From assembly GCA_963781885.1 (NCBI GenBank), contig CAWAHW010000002.1, positions 576,001-640,000 of the forward strand: 64,000 bases of DNA. The letters run 5' to 3'. Position numbers and translations under genes: made by a program. This document shows, in pieces, positions 1 through 10,084 of the stretch. The notes under the pieces were generated by a model. It did no database searches. It was given only the letters and a program-made list of their open reading frames with translations, and was not told the DNA's origin. Each line of letters starts with the position of its first letter. Within the stretch, counting starts at the first letter, position 1. The DNA comes from an uncultured Spirochaetota bacterium. GTDB lineage: Bacteria > Spirochaetota > Spirochaetia > SZUA-6 > Fen-1364.

Positions 1-505
1 CTTCTTCGCGCGGCTGCGGCGCTGGGTGCGCGGTACGATATTCGGCACGCATCCCGTCATGGGTGTGGTGAGCCTCCTCTTCCACCTCCTCCTGGTGCTT
101 CTGCCCCTTCTTCTTCCGGCGCACAACATCCTCTTCGCGCTGACCTTCCGCGTGAGCCTGCCCACGCTCCCCGAGCCCTTCATGGACAAGGCCACACTCG
201 GGCTTCTGGCGATCGGTGTCTTCTTCCTGGCGCGCCGCATCTTCTCCCCCCGGATACGGGCGCTCAGCACCCTACGCGACTACCTCGTGCTCCTGCTCGT
301 TGCCGCCCCGTTCGTCACCGCATACATGGCCTACCACCATTGGCTGGACTACCGCACGGTGCTCGTGACGCACATGATCGTCGGTGAAATACTCATTGCG
401 CTGATCCCCTTCACGAAGCTCGGGCACATGCCCTTCCTGATCTTCGCCCGGTTTTTCGTGTCCGGCGAATACTCCTGGAGACCGGGGAAGCGGAGGTGGA
501 GATGA
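1..505 (+). CDS. NarI/TmcC/HmcE/DsrM-type membrane cytochrome b subunit (5'-truncated by window)
   Basis: Frame is open from the window edge. Several TM helices carry candidate heme-ligating His (LFHLL, LPAHN, VTHMI) and the C-terminal PFTKLGHM motif typical of the nitrate reductase gamma family. Confidence 0.85.
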   Translation, partial: FFARLRRWVRGTIFGTHPVMGVVSLLFHLLLVLLPLLLPAHNILFALTFRVSLPTLPEPFMDKATLGLLAIGVFFLARRIFSPRIRALSTLRDYLVLLLVAAPFVTAYMAYHHWLDYRTVLVTHMIVGEILIALIPFTKLGHMPFLIFARFFVSGEYSWRPGKRRWR

Positions 506-894
506 GCGGACATTCCGTGGACGCGAAGACACTCCAGAGGATCTCCCGGGTCGTGGAGGGGAAGAAGGACATGATCCGCCTCTCGCTCCAGGCCTGCGTC
601 CACTGCTCGCTGTGCGCGGAGAGCTGCTTCCTGTACCGCCAGAGCGGCGGGGACCCGACGTACACGCCGGCGTACAAGGCCATCAACACGATCGGAAAGA
701 TCGCAAAAAGCAGGGGCAGGCTTTCGGACGATGCCTACGAGCGGATCCGCGAGCTTGCCTGGGACAAATGCGTTCTCTGCATGCGCTGCTACTGCCCCAT
801 CGGCATCAGCGTTCCCTCCCTCATCGCCGCGGCGCGCAGCGCCTGTCGAGAGAAAGGGGTGCACCGCTGGTACACGACAAGGAGGAACGCATGA
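502..894 (+). CDS. 2x[4Fe-4S] dicluster protein (HdrC/TmcB/DsrK N-terminal-like, no CCG domain)
   Basis: CVHCSLCAESC and CVLCMRCYCPIG motifs; ATGA overlap with the upstream stop; GGAGG RBS. Confidence 0.85.
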   Translation: MSGHSVDAKTLQRISRVVEGKKDMIRLSLQACVHCSLCAESCFLYRQSGGDPTYTPAYKAINTIGKIAKSRGRLSDDAYERIRELAWDKCVLCMRCYCPIGISVPSLIAAARSACREKGVHRWYTTRRNA

Positions 895-1295
895 AGGGAA
901 GAAGGGCGTTTTTCGTGCTTCTCGCATTCGCACTCGGAACGTGCGCGCCGGCGATCTTTGCGGACCCCCCCGCCGTTCTCATGCTCGCAAAGGCGAAGGT
1001 CTTCGGCTCGCTCAGCAGGCCCGCGGTGCGCTTTACGCACGGCGCCCACGGCACCATCCAGGGGGTGAGCTGCCTCACGTGCCATCACGTGTACAAGGAC
1101 GGGAAAAACGTCCTCGACCTCGCCCAGCTCACGGTCGGCAATCCCGCGATACGCTGCGAGACGTGCCACGCGAGCCCGCGCGACCTTGAATCGTCCTTTC
1201 ACAAGTTGTGCATCACCTGCCACGACACCGCGAAGGCGCAGGGCAAGGTGACCGGTCCGCGCGACTGCGGCGACTGTCACGCGTGGGACAGGTGA
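891..1295 (+). CDS. Periplasmic tetraheme cytochrome c3 (class III, TmcA-like)
   Basis: Signal peptide (MKGRRAFF...AIFA), four CxxCH motifs (CLTCH, CETCH, CITCH, CGDCH), FTHGAH and FH distal-ligand His, GPxxCxxCH terminus. AGGAGG RBS and ATGA overlap. Confidence 0.9.
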   Translation: MKGRRAFFVLLAFALGTCAPAIFADPPAVLMLAKAKVFGSLSRPAVRFTHGAHGTIQGVSCLTCHHVYKDGKNVLDLAQLTVGNPAIRCETCHASPRDLESSFHKLCITCHDTAKAQGKVTGPRDCGDCHAWDR

Positions 1296-1307
1296 GCAGG
1301 GGGGAAT

Positions 1308-1992
1308 ATGGTCAAAGCGAAACCAAAACCGCTCGGTGAGATATTCGACAGGGTGAAGGGCTACCGGCGCGTCCTGATCGTCGGCTGCGGCGGATGCACC
1401 TCGGTCTGCCTTGCCGGGGGACAGCGCGAGTCGCTCGCCCTCGCCGACGAGCTTTCTGCCTGTGCGCGCGCGGCGCGCGTGCCCCAGCAGTACGCGACGT
1501 TCGTCACCGAAAGGCAGTGCAACGCCGAGTTCGTCGACGAGATCGGGGAGCGGGCCGCCAACTGCGACTGCCTGATCTCCCTGGCGTGCGGGGCCGGTGC
1601 GGGGCTCCTGGCGGACGCGTTCCCTTCGCTTCCGATGTTCCCCGGCCTGGACACGATGTTCGTCGGCGTGGACCGCGACGTGGGCTTCTACGAGGAGCGC
1701 TGCAGGACCTGCGGCACCTGCGTCCTGGGCGACACGGGAGGGATATGCCCGGTCACGCGCTGCTCCAAGGGCGTCCTGAACGGGCCTTGCGGCGGCACAC
1801 GGGAGGACGGCTCCTGCGAGCTTGCCGACGGCATCCGCTGCGCCTGGCACGATATATATGACAGGCTGAAAGCGCAGGGGCGTCTTTCCCAGATGCTCAT
1901 CGTGCGGCCTCCCATGGAGTGGGTCGACCGGGGTGTGCGGACCCTCATCCAGAAGGGCTACGAAGGCGCGGTACGCCGCCAGAACGGGCTGA
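1308..1992 (+). CDS. metV: MetV, Fe-S/Zn subunit of methylene-THF reductase (MTHFR C-terminal domain family); probable +1 indel near 1960-1975
   Basis: KPLxEI...VGCGGCxxxC, ERQC, SLACG, ERCRTCGTC, CPVTRCSKGVLNGPCGG, CAW. The annotated frame runs on to 2450, but removing one base gives ...YAARTG-TGA(1990-1992) just before the metF RBS. Confidence 0.85.
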
Positions 1993-2004
1993 GGGGGATG
2001 CCCA

Positions 2005-2931
2005 ATGAAGTCGGGCAGCAATCTGGAAAAGGTGCTTTCGGCAGGGCATTTCGCCGTGACGGCGGAGCTCGGCCCGCCGCCGGGCGCCGACGTGGATTTC
2101 GTCGCCAAGAAGGCGGAGCTGCTGCGCGGCGCCGTCGACGCGGTGAATGTCACCGACAACCAGACCGCCGTGGTCCGCATGTCCAGCCTCGCGGTGTCGG
2201 CGCTGCTGGTCGGGATGGGCATCGAGCCGGTCATGCAGATGGTGTGCCGCGACAGAAACCGCATCGCCATGCAGAGCGATGTCTTCGGCGCCTCGGCGCT
2301 GGGCATCCGCAACCTCACCTGTCTCATGGGGGACCACCAGGCCTTCGGCAACCAGACCGGCGCAAAGAAGGTGTACGACGTCGACTCCGTCCAGTTGATC
2401 TCCATCGTGAAGCGCATGCGCGACGAGCGGAAGATCCTGGGCAGCGATGAAGAGATCCTCGGCAGCGTGCCGATGTTCATCGGCTGTGCGGCCAATCCCT
2501 TTGCCAAGCCGTACGAGTTCCGCGCCCTGCGTCTTGCGAAAAAGGTGGAGGCGGGCGCGGACTACGTGCAGACGCAGTGCGTCTACGACGTGAAGATGTT
2601 CGCCGAATGGATGAAGGCGGTCCGCGACCTCGGCGTCCACACGAAGTGCCGCATCCTGGCGGGGGTGACGCCCCTGAAGTCGGCCGGCATGGCGCGCTAC
2701 ATGGCCGAGCAGGTCCCCGGCATCATCATCCCGCCCGAGATCATCGCGCGCTTGGCCGCGGCCCCCAAGGGCAAGGGCGCCGAGGTGGGGCTCGCCATTT
2801 GCGCCGAGATCATCGAGCAGCTGCGCGCCATCGAGGGCGTGGCCGGCATCCATATCATGGCAATCGAGTGGGAGCAGAAGGTCCGCGAGATCGTCCAGAC
2901 GGCCACGCTGCTTCCGCGGCCCGTCGTGTGA
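2005..2931 (+). CDS. metF: Methylenetetrahydrofolate reductase, flavin subunit
   Basis: TAELGPP, NVTDNQ, CRDRNRIA, LMGDH, ANPF, KKVEAGADYVQTQ, GIHIM motifs. Confidence 0.93.
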   Translation: MKSGSNLEKVLSAGHFAVTAELGPPPGADVDFVAKKAELLRGAVDAVNVTDNQTAVVRMSSLAVSALLVGMGIEPVMQMVCRDRNRIAMQSDVFGASALGIRNLTCLMGDHQAFGNQTGAKKVYDVDSVQLISIVKRMRDERKILGSDEEILGSVPMFIGCAANPFAKPYEFRALRLAKKVEAGADYVQTQCVYDVKMFAEWMKAVRDLGVHTKCRILAGVTPLKSAGMARYMAEQVPGIIIPPEIIARLAAAPKGKGAEVGLAICAEIIEQLRAIEGVAGIHIMAIEWEQKVREIVQTATLLPRPVV

Positions 2932-3042
2932 GCCATCACCGCGAAGGACGGTTCCCCGACGGCGTCGCGCCCGGGGCCCCGCCCCTCATCGGCGCAGTGC
3001 CCGCCCTTCCGCGCGCGCGGCTTTCATGGTAGCGTGGACTCC

Positions 3043-4008
3043 ATGGACGGGGCAGACGCGCGCGGCAACGACAGGCTGGAGCCGGACGACCTGCAGGAAA
3101 TCGTCGTCGCGTGCGACAGGGACGGGATCATCCTGTCCTGGAACCGGGCGGGCGAGGAGATCACCGGTTTCCTGCACGACGACGTCATCGGCTATCACCT
3201 TGATGCCGTCATAGCCCCAGAGTCGCGCCAGTTCCTCGACCAGATCCTCACGGTGGAGAGGAGCGGATCGCTGCTTCCCGGTCTCCCCGTGCGCCTGCAG
3301 ACGAGCTTCGGCTGGGTGGTGCCGGCGGAGGTGACATCGGTGCCCCGGCGCGGCGCCGACGGCTGGCTGCTCATCTTCCGCGATACGACGCTGAAGGTGC
3401 AGCTCCAGGAGCATCTCGACCGCCTGGACGTGCTCTACCGCGGTCTGGTGGAGGATTCACCCGACATCATCTACGTGCTCGATGAGCGCGCGCGCGTGCT
3501 TTTCATCAACGACACGGTGGAAAAGCTCCTCGGCTATTCAAAAAGGGAGATCATCGGCAATGATCTCATCGAGCTCGTCCATCCCGACGATCGCCAGCAG
3601 GCGTACTGGCCCCTGCGGGAAAGACGCCACGCGGACCGCGCGACGCGCAACCTCCGCCTGCGCTTCCTCACCCGCGCGGGACGGCAGCGGCGCTATGACC
3701 TTGATTTCATCTACATCTCCCTGACGGCGGTCGGCCTGGGGTCGAACAGGCTGGGGGCGCAGCCGCGCGGCGAGCCGGGCGGCGCGCTGGGAACCCAGGG
3801 CGTGGCGCGCGACGTCACGGATCTCGTCATGCTGAACGAGTTTTCGCGACAGGCGGAGCTCATCCTGCCTGTCTGTTCGATCTGCCACAGGATCCGCGTG
3901 ACGTCGGGCAGCACCGTGGAATGGCTGCCGCTTTCCGACTACCTGACGCGCAGGACGGGTGTACTTTTTTCCCACACCTACTGCCCCGACCACGTACCCG
4001 CGCAATAG
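3043..4008 (+). CDS. Tandem PAS-PAS sensor protein with C-terminal Cys/His (putative metal-binding) domain
   Basis: PAS motifs (SWNRAGEEITGF; FINDTVEKLLGY...VHPDD); C-terminal LPVCSICHRIR...FSHTYCPDH; no kinase or GGDEF domain. Start may instead be GTG 3034. Confidence 0.8.
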   Translation: MDGADARGNDRLEPDDLQEIVVACDRDGIILSWNRAGEEITGFLHDDVIGYHLDAVIAPESRQFLDQILTVERSGSLLPGLPVRLQTSFGWVVPAEVTSVPRRGADGWLLIFRDTTLKVQLQEHLDRLDVLYRGLVEDSPDIIYVLDERARVLFINDTVEKLLGYSKREIIGNDLIELVHPDDRQQAYWPLRERRHADRATRNLRLRFLTRAGRQRRYDLDFIYISLTAVGLGSNRLGAQPRGEPGGALGTQGVARDVTDLVMLNEFSRQAELILPVCSICHRIRVTSGSTVEWLPLSDYLTRRTGVLFSHTYCPDHVPAQ

Positions 4009-4042
4009 GCGTTTCCGGTTGCTTCGCTTTTTTCGGCGACCC

Positions 4043-4098
4043 TTGACAAATCTAGTAACTCGTCGTATATTTTAAATAACTACTAACTTGTAGAGTAG
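4043..4098 (+). promoter_or_regulatory. Sigma70 promoter with downstream inverted repeat (probable PadR operator)
   Basis: TTGACA(4043-4048)-17 bp-TATATT(4066-4071); CTACT-N9-AGTAG at 4080-4098 in an AT-rich patch. Confidence 0.75.
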
Positions 4099-4104
4099 AA
4101 AACG

Positions 4105-4689
4105 ATGTCGGTACGAAATGCGATTCTCGGTCTTCTCTCGCAAAAATCCCAGCATGGCTACATGCTACGCGCCGCTTTCGAGTCGCTTGTCGGCGGCGAG
4201 GAAATTTGGGACGTGAAGCCTGCGCAGATCTATACGACCCTCGCGCGTCTTGAGGAAAGCGGGCTCGTCCGGCAGGACGGTATCGACCAGGACGCGGGGC
4301 CGGAAAAGCGCGTCTACTCCCTCACCCCGGAAGGAAAAAAGGAGCTTGCATCCTGGTTCGCCGCAGGGGTGGAGGAGGAGCGCCAGCGCGACGAGTTCTT
4401 TGTCAAGCTCATGCTGAGCATGCGCGCGGAAGGGGCAAACCCCGTCGCGGTGATCCAGGCGCAGCGCGGCACGCTGTACCAGGAGATGCACGACCTGACG
4501 GCGCGGCGCACGAAGGCCGATCCGAAACGCGAGCTTGCCACCATCTTCCTCCTGGACAAGACCCTCATGCACATCGAGGCGGACCTGCGGTGGCTGGACA
4601 TGGTGGAGGCGCGCCTGGACGACATGGATCGCCAGGCCGCGGCCCCGCTCGCCGCGCGGCCGCGCGGAAGACCCAGAAAATCATCGTAA
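4105..4689 (+). CDS. PadR family transcriptional regulator with long C-terminal helical domain
   Basis: ILGLL...HGY, QIYTTLARLE, KRVYSLTPEG, RDEFFVKL, ADLRWLD. Confidence 0.92.
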   Translation: MSVRNAILGLLSQKSQHGYMLRAAFESLVGGEEIWDVKPAQIYTTLARLEESGLVRQDGIDQDAGPEKRVYSLTPEGKKELASWFAAGVEEERQRDEFFVKLMLSMRAEGANPVAVIQAQRGTLYQEMHDLTARRTKADPKRELATIFLLDKTLMHIEADLRWLDMVEARLDDMDRQAAAPLAARPRGRPRKSS

Positions 4690-4714
4690 GCGGAAAACTG
4701 CAAAAGGAGCCGGT

Positions 4715-5452
<738 letters not shown>

Positions 5453-5461
5453 GAGACGTTC

Positions 5462-8029
5462 ATGGGTATACAACTGACACTCGCGGCGCGCTACCTCGCG
5501 GGCCGCCGCCTTCGCGCAATTCTCACGACCCTTGCCGTCATCTTCGGCGTCCTCGTGCTTTTCGGCATGAACATCATCGTGCCGACCATGATGCAGGCGG
5601 TGCAGTCCACCATGATGGCCGCCTCCGACCAGGTCGACGTGACCGCGACGCTCACGACGGGTGAATCATTTGCCGCCGCCGCTGTGGACAAGGTCCGGGC
5701 GGTGAGCGGCGTGCGCGCCGCGCAGGGAATCCTGGAGCGGCCGGTGAATCTTCCCGCCGATTTCTTCGATCACAATCCTGCCACGCCCGACAAGGTGTCC
5801 GTGCTGTCCCTCATCGGCATCGACCCGGCGCGCGCCCGCGGCGTGCGGCCGTACCCCCTGAGCGGAGGCCGCTTCCTCGAACCGACGGACGGAGCGGCGG
5901 CGGTCATATCCGCCAGTCTCGCGCAGTCGCTCGGCATCTCGCTGGGCGGCTCGTTCGCGCTGCCGACGGTGCAGGGACTCGTCCAGCTCACCGTCGTCGG
6001 GCTTCGTGCCCCGCGCGCCGTGCCCGGCAACGAGGAGGTGCTCGTGACGCTGCCCGAGGCGCAGCAGCTCCTTTCTGCCGAAGGCCAGATCAACACCATC
6101 GAGGCGAACTATGACGCAACCGATGCGGCGCGCCGTGCACAGATCAAGGACGCCGTCCAGGCGGCCCTGGGAAGCTCGTTCACGCTCGGTACCCTTTCCG
6201 ACACGAGCAGCCTCTATGGATCGCTGGGGGCAGCGCGAATCGGCTTCACCGCGTTCGGCATCCTCGCACTCTTCATGGGCGCCTTCATCATTTTCAACAC
6301 CTTCCGCACGATCGTGGCCGAGCGCCGCCGTGACATGGGCATGCTGCGCGCAATCGGCGCAAGCCACCGCACCGTTGTTGGGATCTTCATCCTGGAAGGG
6401 CTGATCCAGGGTGTCCTGGGAACGGCGCTGGGGATGCTCTTCGGCTACCTTCTCGCCCTTGCGGCCACCGCGTCGCTGGGCCCGCTGCTTAGCCAGTACG
6501 TGCATTTGACGATGGGGCTGCCGATCGTCTCCCCGGGCATCGTCATCGTCTCCGTCGTCGTGGGCATCGGGGTGACGCTCGCGGCAGGCCTCTTCCCCGC
6601 GCTCGCCGCGCGCAAGGTGACGCCGATCGAGGCGCTGCGTCCCTCCACGGATGCCGCGGTCTACCGCCGCGCAATCGGCGGCAGCGCCATCGCGGGCATC
6701 GTCCTCGTGGTTCTGGCTCTCGTGGCGCTTGCCTCCGGCTCCATGAGCATCCTCGCGCTGGGCATGATCATGTTCATGGTGGGCATCGTGCTCCTGGCGC
6801 CCGCGCTGGTGCGGCCGCTCTCCCTGGTGTTCGGTGCGCTGCTGGCGCGCCTCTTTGCCCGGCAGGGGACGGGAACCCTCGCGCAGCAGAACCTCGCGCG
6901 CCAACCCTCCCGCGCGGCGGTGACGGCAAGCACGACCATGATCGCACTGGCCATCATCGTGGCCATGGGGGGCATGATGGCAAGCGTCTCCGCGGGATTC
7001 CTGGAGATCCTGCGCACGAGCCTGGGCAGCGACTACCTCTTCGTGCCCCCGGCCGTCGCGGTCTGGCAGAACGACGTCGGCGCCTCCGGCTCGCTCGCCG
7101 ATTCCCTGCGAAAAATCGACGGGGTGGACCACGTGAGCACCCTCCGCTACGCCTCCACGATCCTCGATTCCGGTGCAACCCGCAACACCGCCGCGCTCCT
7201 CGGCATCGAGCCGAAGGAGTTCCCGCTCGTTTCCTCCCTGGCGTTTACCGATGGCTCGTCGGAAAAGGCGTTTGCCGCCCTTGCGGACGGGCGGGGCATT
7301 ATCGCCAATCCCATGCTCGCCGCGTCGCTGGGCTTGAAGGTGGGCGGCACCGTTTCACTGGACACGGCGGAAGGCAGGAAGGACTACCAGGTCGTCGGCA
7401 TCGCCACGGACTTTCTCGATGCGAAAATTGCCGCCGCCTTCGTGTCGCAGGCGAGCCTCGCCCGGGACTTCCACAAGACCGAGGACGTTCTCATCCAGCT
7501 CAACCTGAAGCGCGGTGCCGATGCCGCGGCTGCCGGGGCGGCCATCCGTGCAGCCGGGGCTCAATTCCCCCAGTTCTCCATCGTCCAGGGCAAGGACTAC
7601 TACACGCAGATGAGCGGGCTTTTCACCGTGATCTTCACCGCCCTGTACGTGCTGTTTGCATTCCTCGCCTTGCCCTCACTCCTCACGATGCTCAATACGC
7701 TGGCGATCTCCGTGATCGAACGCACCCGCGAGATCGGGATGCTGCGCGCCGTCGGCACGACCCGGCGGCAGGTGAGCCGCACGGTGCTCGCCGAATCGCT
7801 GCTGCTGGCGGCCCTCGGCACCCTGTTCGGACTGGTTGCCGGCGTGTACCTCGGGTATCTCCTGGTCAGGGGCATGGCGTCGGCCGGCTTCCCAACGCCG
7901 TACGTGTTTCCGGCGGCGGGAGTAATCGCCGCGGTTGTGATCGGACTGGTATTCGGGGCCCTTGCCGCAATCATCCCGGCGCGAAAGGCCGCCGCCCTGG
8001 AAATCGTTGACGCCCTCCGGTTCGAATAA
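5462..8029 (+). CDS. FtsX/MacB-like ABC permease with duplicated permease domains
   Basis: Two repeats of periplasmic domain plus ERRRDMGMLRAIG / ERTREIGMLRAVG and TM helices. Confidence 0.92.
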   Translation: MGIQLTLAARYLAGRRLRAILTTLAVIFGVLVLFGMNIIVPTMMQAVQSTMMAASDQVDVTATLTTGESFAAAAVDKVRAVSGVRAAQGILERPVNLPADFFDHNPATPDKVSVLSLIGIDPARARGVRPYPLSGGRFLEPTDGAAAVISASLAQSLGISLGGSFALPTVQGLVQLTVVGLRAPRAVPGNEEVLVTLPEAQQLLSAEGQINTIEANYDATDAARRAQIKDAVQAALGSSFTLGTLSDTSSLYGSLGAARIGFTAFGILALFMGAFIIFNTFRTIVAERRRDMGMLRAIGASHRTVVGIFILEGLIQGVLGTALGMLFGYLLALAATASLGPLLSQYVHLTMGLPIVSPGIVIVSVVVGIGVTLAAGLFPALAARKVTPIEALRPSTDAAVYRRAIGGSAIAGIVLVVLALVALASGSMSILALGMIMFMVGIVLLAPALVRPLSLVFGALLARLFARQGTGTLAQQNLARQPSRAAVTASTTMIALAIIVAMGGMMASVSAGFLEILRTSLGSDYLFVPPAVAVWQNDVGASGSLADSLRKIDGVDHVSTLRYASTILDSGATRNTAALLGIEPKEFPLVSSLAFTDGSSEKAFAALADGRGIIANPMLAASLGLKVGGTVSLDTAEGRKDYQVVGIATDFLDAKIAAAFVSQASLARDFHKTEDVLIQLNLKRGADAAAAGAAIRAAGAQFPQFSIVQGKDYYTQMSGLFTVIFTALYVLFAFLALPSLLTMLNTLAISVIERTREIGMLRAVGTTRRQVSRTVLAESLLLAALGTLFGLVAGVYLGYLLVRGMASAGFPTPYVFPAAGVIAAVVIGLVFGALAAIIPARKAAALEIVDALRFE

Positions 8030-8079
8030 CAGGCACGACGACCCGGGTCTTTCCGTGTCGTCTCCCGTTTCCCCTGCCG

Positions 8080-10074
8080 CTATTCGAAATGCAGAGCCTG
8101 GATGGGATCCATGCGTGACGCCTTGCGCGCCGGGTAGATCCCGAAGAACAGCCCGACGGCGATCGAGAACCCGATGGCGAGGCCCACGGTGCCGATCGTG
8201 ACGGACACGGCCATGCCGCCGACCTTGCTGATGAGCTGTGCCGCGATTGCTCCCAGTGCCCACCCCAGCAAGCCCCCCAGGCCGGAGAGGATGATCGCCT
8301 CCACGAGGAACTGCGCCATGACGTCCCGCCGCCGCGCCCCGAGCGATTTCCTGATGCCGATCTCGCGCGTGCGCTCCGTGACGGACACGAGCATGATGTT
8401 CATGATGCCGATGCCGCCGACCAGGAGGCTGATTCCGCCGATGGCGCCCAGCAACAGCGTCATGATCTGCGATGTCTCCTGCACGGTCTGGAGCACGTCC
8501 TGCTGCGTGACGATGGAGAAGTCGTCGTCGGCTCCCGGCTGGATGCCGTGCCGGCGTTCCAGAAGCGCCGTGACGTCGGCCTTCACCTGATCGAGGTGGT
8601 CCTTGTCCACCGCGGTCACGCCGATGCTCCGCGTGTCCTTCTGGTGGCGGAATCGGGCGTACATGACGGTGAAGGGGATGATCACCGTGTCGTCCTCGCT
8701 GAAGAACCCACCCCCCGCTCCCTTCTGCTTCAGCACGCCGATGACCTTGAAGCTCACGCCGGCGATCTTGATCGTCTTGCCGACCGGGTCCTCGTCGCCG
8801 AAGAGGTTCGTGACAATGTCGACGCCGATCACCGCCACGGCGCGGCTGGAGCGGTAGTCCTCCTCGGTGAAAAAGGAGCCGTTCTCCACCGTCCAGTTGC
8901 GCACGAGCGAATAGTCGGCAGTGGTCCCGACAACCGATGTCTGCCAGTTGTTCTTCTGATACTTCAGGGTTTCCCGGACGCTCACCTCGGATTCCACGCC
9001 GGAGATGTTCGCCACGCCCGCCTTGATTGCTGTCGCATCATCCACGGTGAGCGTGCTCATGGAGCCGAAACCCGCGCGCACGCCGCCCACCCTTGTGCTG
9101 CCTGGCGTGATGGTGAGGAAGTTGCTGCCCAGGCCCTGGATGCGCTGGGTGACGCCCGCCGTCGCGCCCTGGCCGACGGAGACCATGGCGATCACCGCCC
9201 CGACGCCAATGAGGATGCCCAGAATCGTGAGCACGGCGCGCATCTTGTTCTGGACAAGGGCCCGCGCGGCCGAGCGCACGTTCTCCCAGAGCTCGCCGGG
9301 GCTGAAGACGCCGCGCCTCTTTCTTTCGCCGTGCGCCGTGGCGCGCTGGATCTTGCCCACGTCGATCCCCACGCCCTGGATCTGCTTCGGGTCGGGGATC
9401 GCCTCGTCGGAAACGATCACACCGTCCTTGAACTTCACCAGGCGCCGCGCATAGGCCGCCACGCTCTCCTCGTGCGTCACCATCAGGATCGTGATCCCCG
9501 CGCGGTTGAGGCTCAGGAAGATGTCCATGATCTCGTCGCTCATGCGGCTGTCGAGATTTCCCGTCGGCTCGTCGGCCAGGATCAGCGCGGGCGAGTTCAC
9601 CAACGAGCGCGCAATGGCGACGCGCTGCTGCTCGCCACCGGAGAGCTCGCTGGGAGTGTGGTGCCCCCGCAGGGGAAGGCCCACTGCTTCCAGGAGCGCG
9701 TGCGCGGGGGTGACCCGTCGCCGCTCGCCGGTGTAGATGAGCGGCAGCTCGATGTTGCGCTCCGCGCTGGTGCGCGGCAGGAGGTTGAAGCCCTGGAAGA
9801 CGAAGCCGATGGAGCAGCTCCGCACGGCGGCGAGCTGGTCGTCGTTCATGGTGGACACGTCGGTGCCGTCAAGGACGTAGCTGCCGCTGGTGGGGTGGTC
9901 GAGGCAGCCCAGGAGGTTGAGGAAGGTGCTCTTGCCCGAGCCCGACGGTCCCATGACCGCCACGAACTCCCCCTCCTCCAGGGTGAAGGAGACGCCCTTC
10001 AGCGCCTGAACCTCCACGGTCCCCGTGTCATAGGTCTTTGTCAGGTTCTCGGTCACGATCAAAGGGCGTCCCAT
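8080..10074 (-). CDS. macB: MacB family fused ATP-binding/permease protein
   Basis: N-terminal NBD (GPSGSGKST, LSGGEQQR) fused to permease (GGIGIMNIMLVSVTERTREIGIRK, PARKASRMDPI). Confidence 0.92.
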   Translation of the reverse strand: MGRPLIVTENLTKTYDTGTVEVQALKGVSFTLEEGEFVAVMGPSGSGKSTFLNLLGCLDHPTSGSYVLDGTDVSTMNDDQLAAVRSCSIGFVFQGFNLLPRTSAERNIELPLIYTGERRRVTPAHALLEAVGLPLRGHHTPSELSGGEQQRVAIARSLVNSPALILADEPTGNLDSRMSDEIMDIFLSLNRAGITILMVTHEESVAAYARRLVKFKDGVIVSDEAIPDPKQIQGVGIDVGKIQRATAHGERKRRGVFSPGELWENVRSAARALVQNKMRAVLTILGILIGVGAVIAMVSVGQGATAGVTQRIQGLGSNFLTITPGSTRVGGVRAGFGSMSTLTVDDATAIKAGVANISGVESEVSVRETLKYQKNNWQTSVVGTTADYSLVRNWTVENGSFFTEEDYRSSRAVAVIGVDIVTNLFGDEDPVGKTIKIAGVSFKVIGVLKQKGAGGGFFSEDDTVIIPFTVMYARFRHQKDTRSIGVTAVDKDHLDQVKADVTALLERRHGIQPGADDDFSIVTQQDVLQTVQETSQIMTLLLGAIGGISLLVGGIGIMNIMLVSVTERTREIGIRKSLGARRRDVMAQFLVEAIILSGLGGLLGWALGAIAAQLISKVGGMAVSVTIGTVGLAIGFSIAVGLFFGIYPARKASRMDPIQALHFE

Positions 10075-10084
10075 GTTGCTCTCC

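Noticed and set aside
1993-2450. Real 446-nt overlap of metV with metF (dual coding)
   Set aside because: The extension is off-frame metF sequence, and one indel restores a normal-length MetV ending just before the metF RBS.
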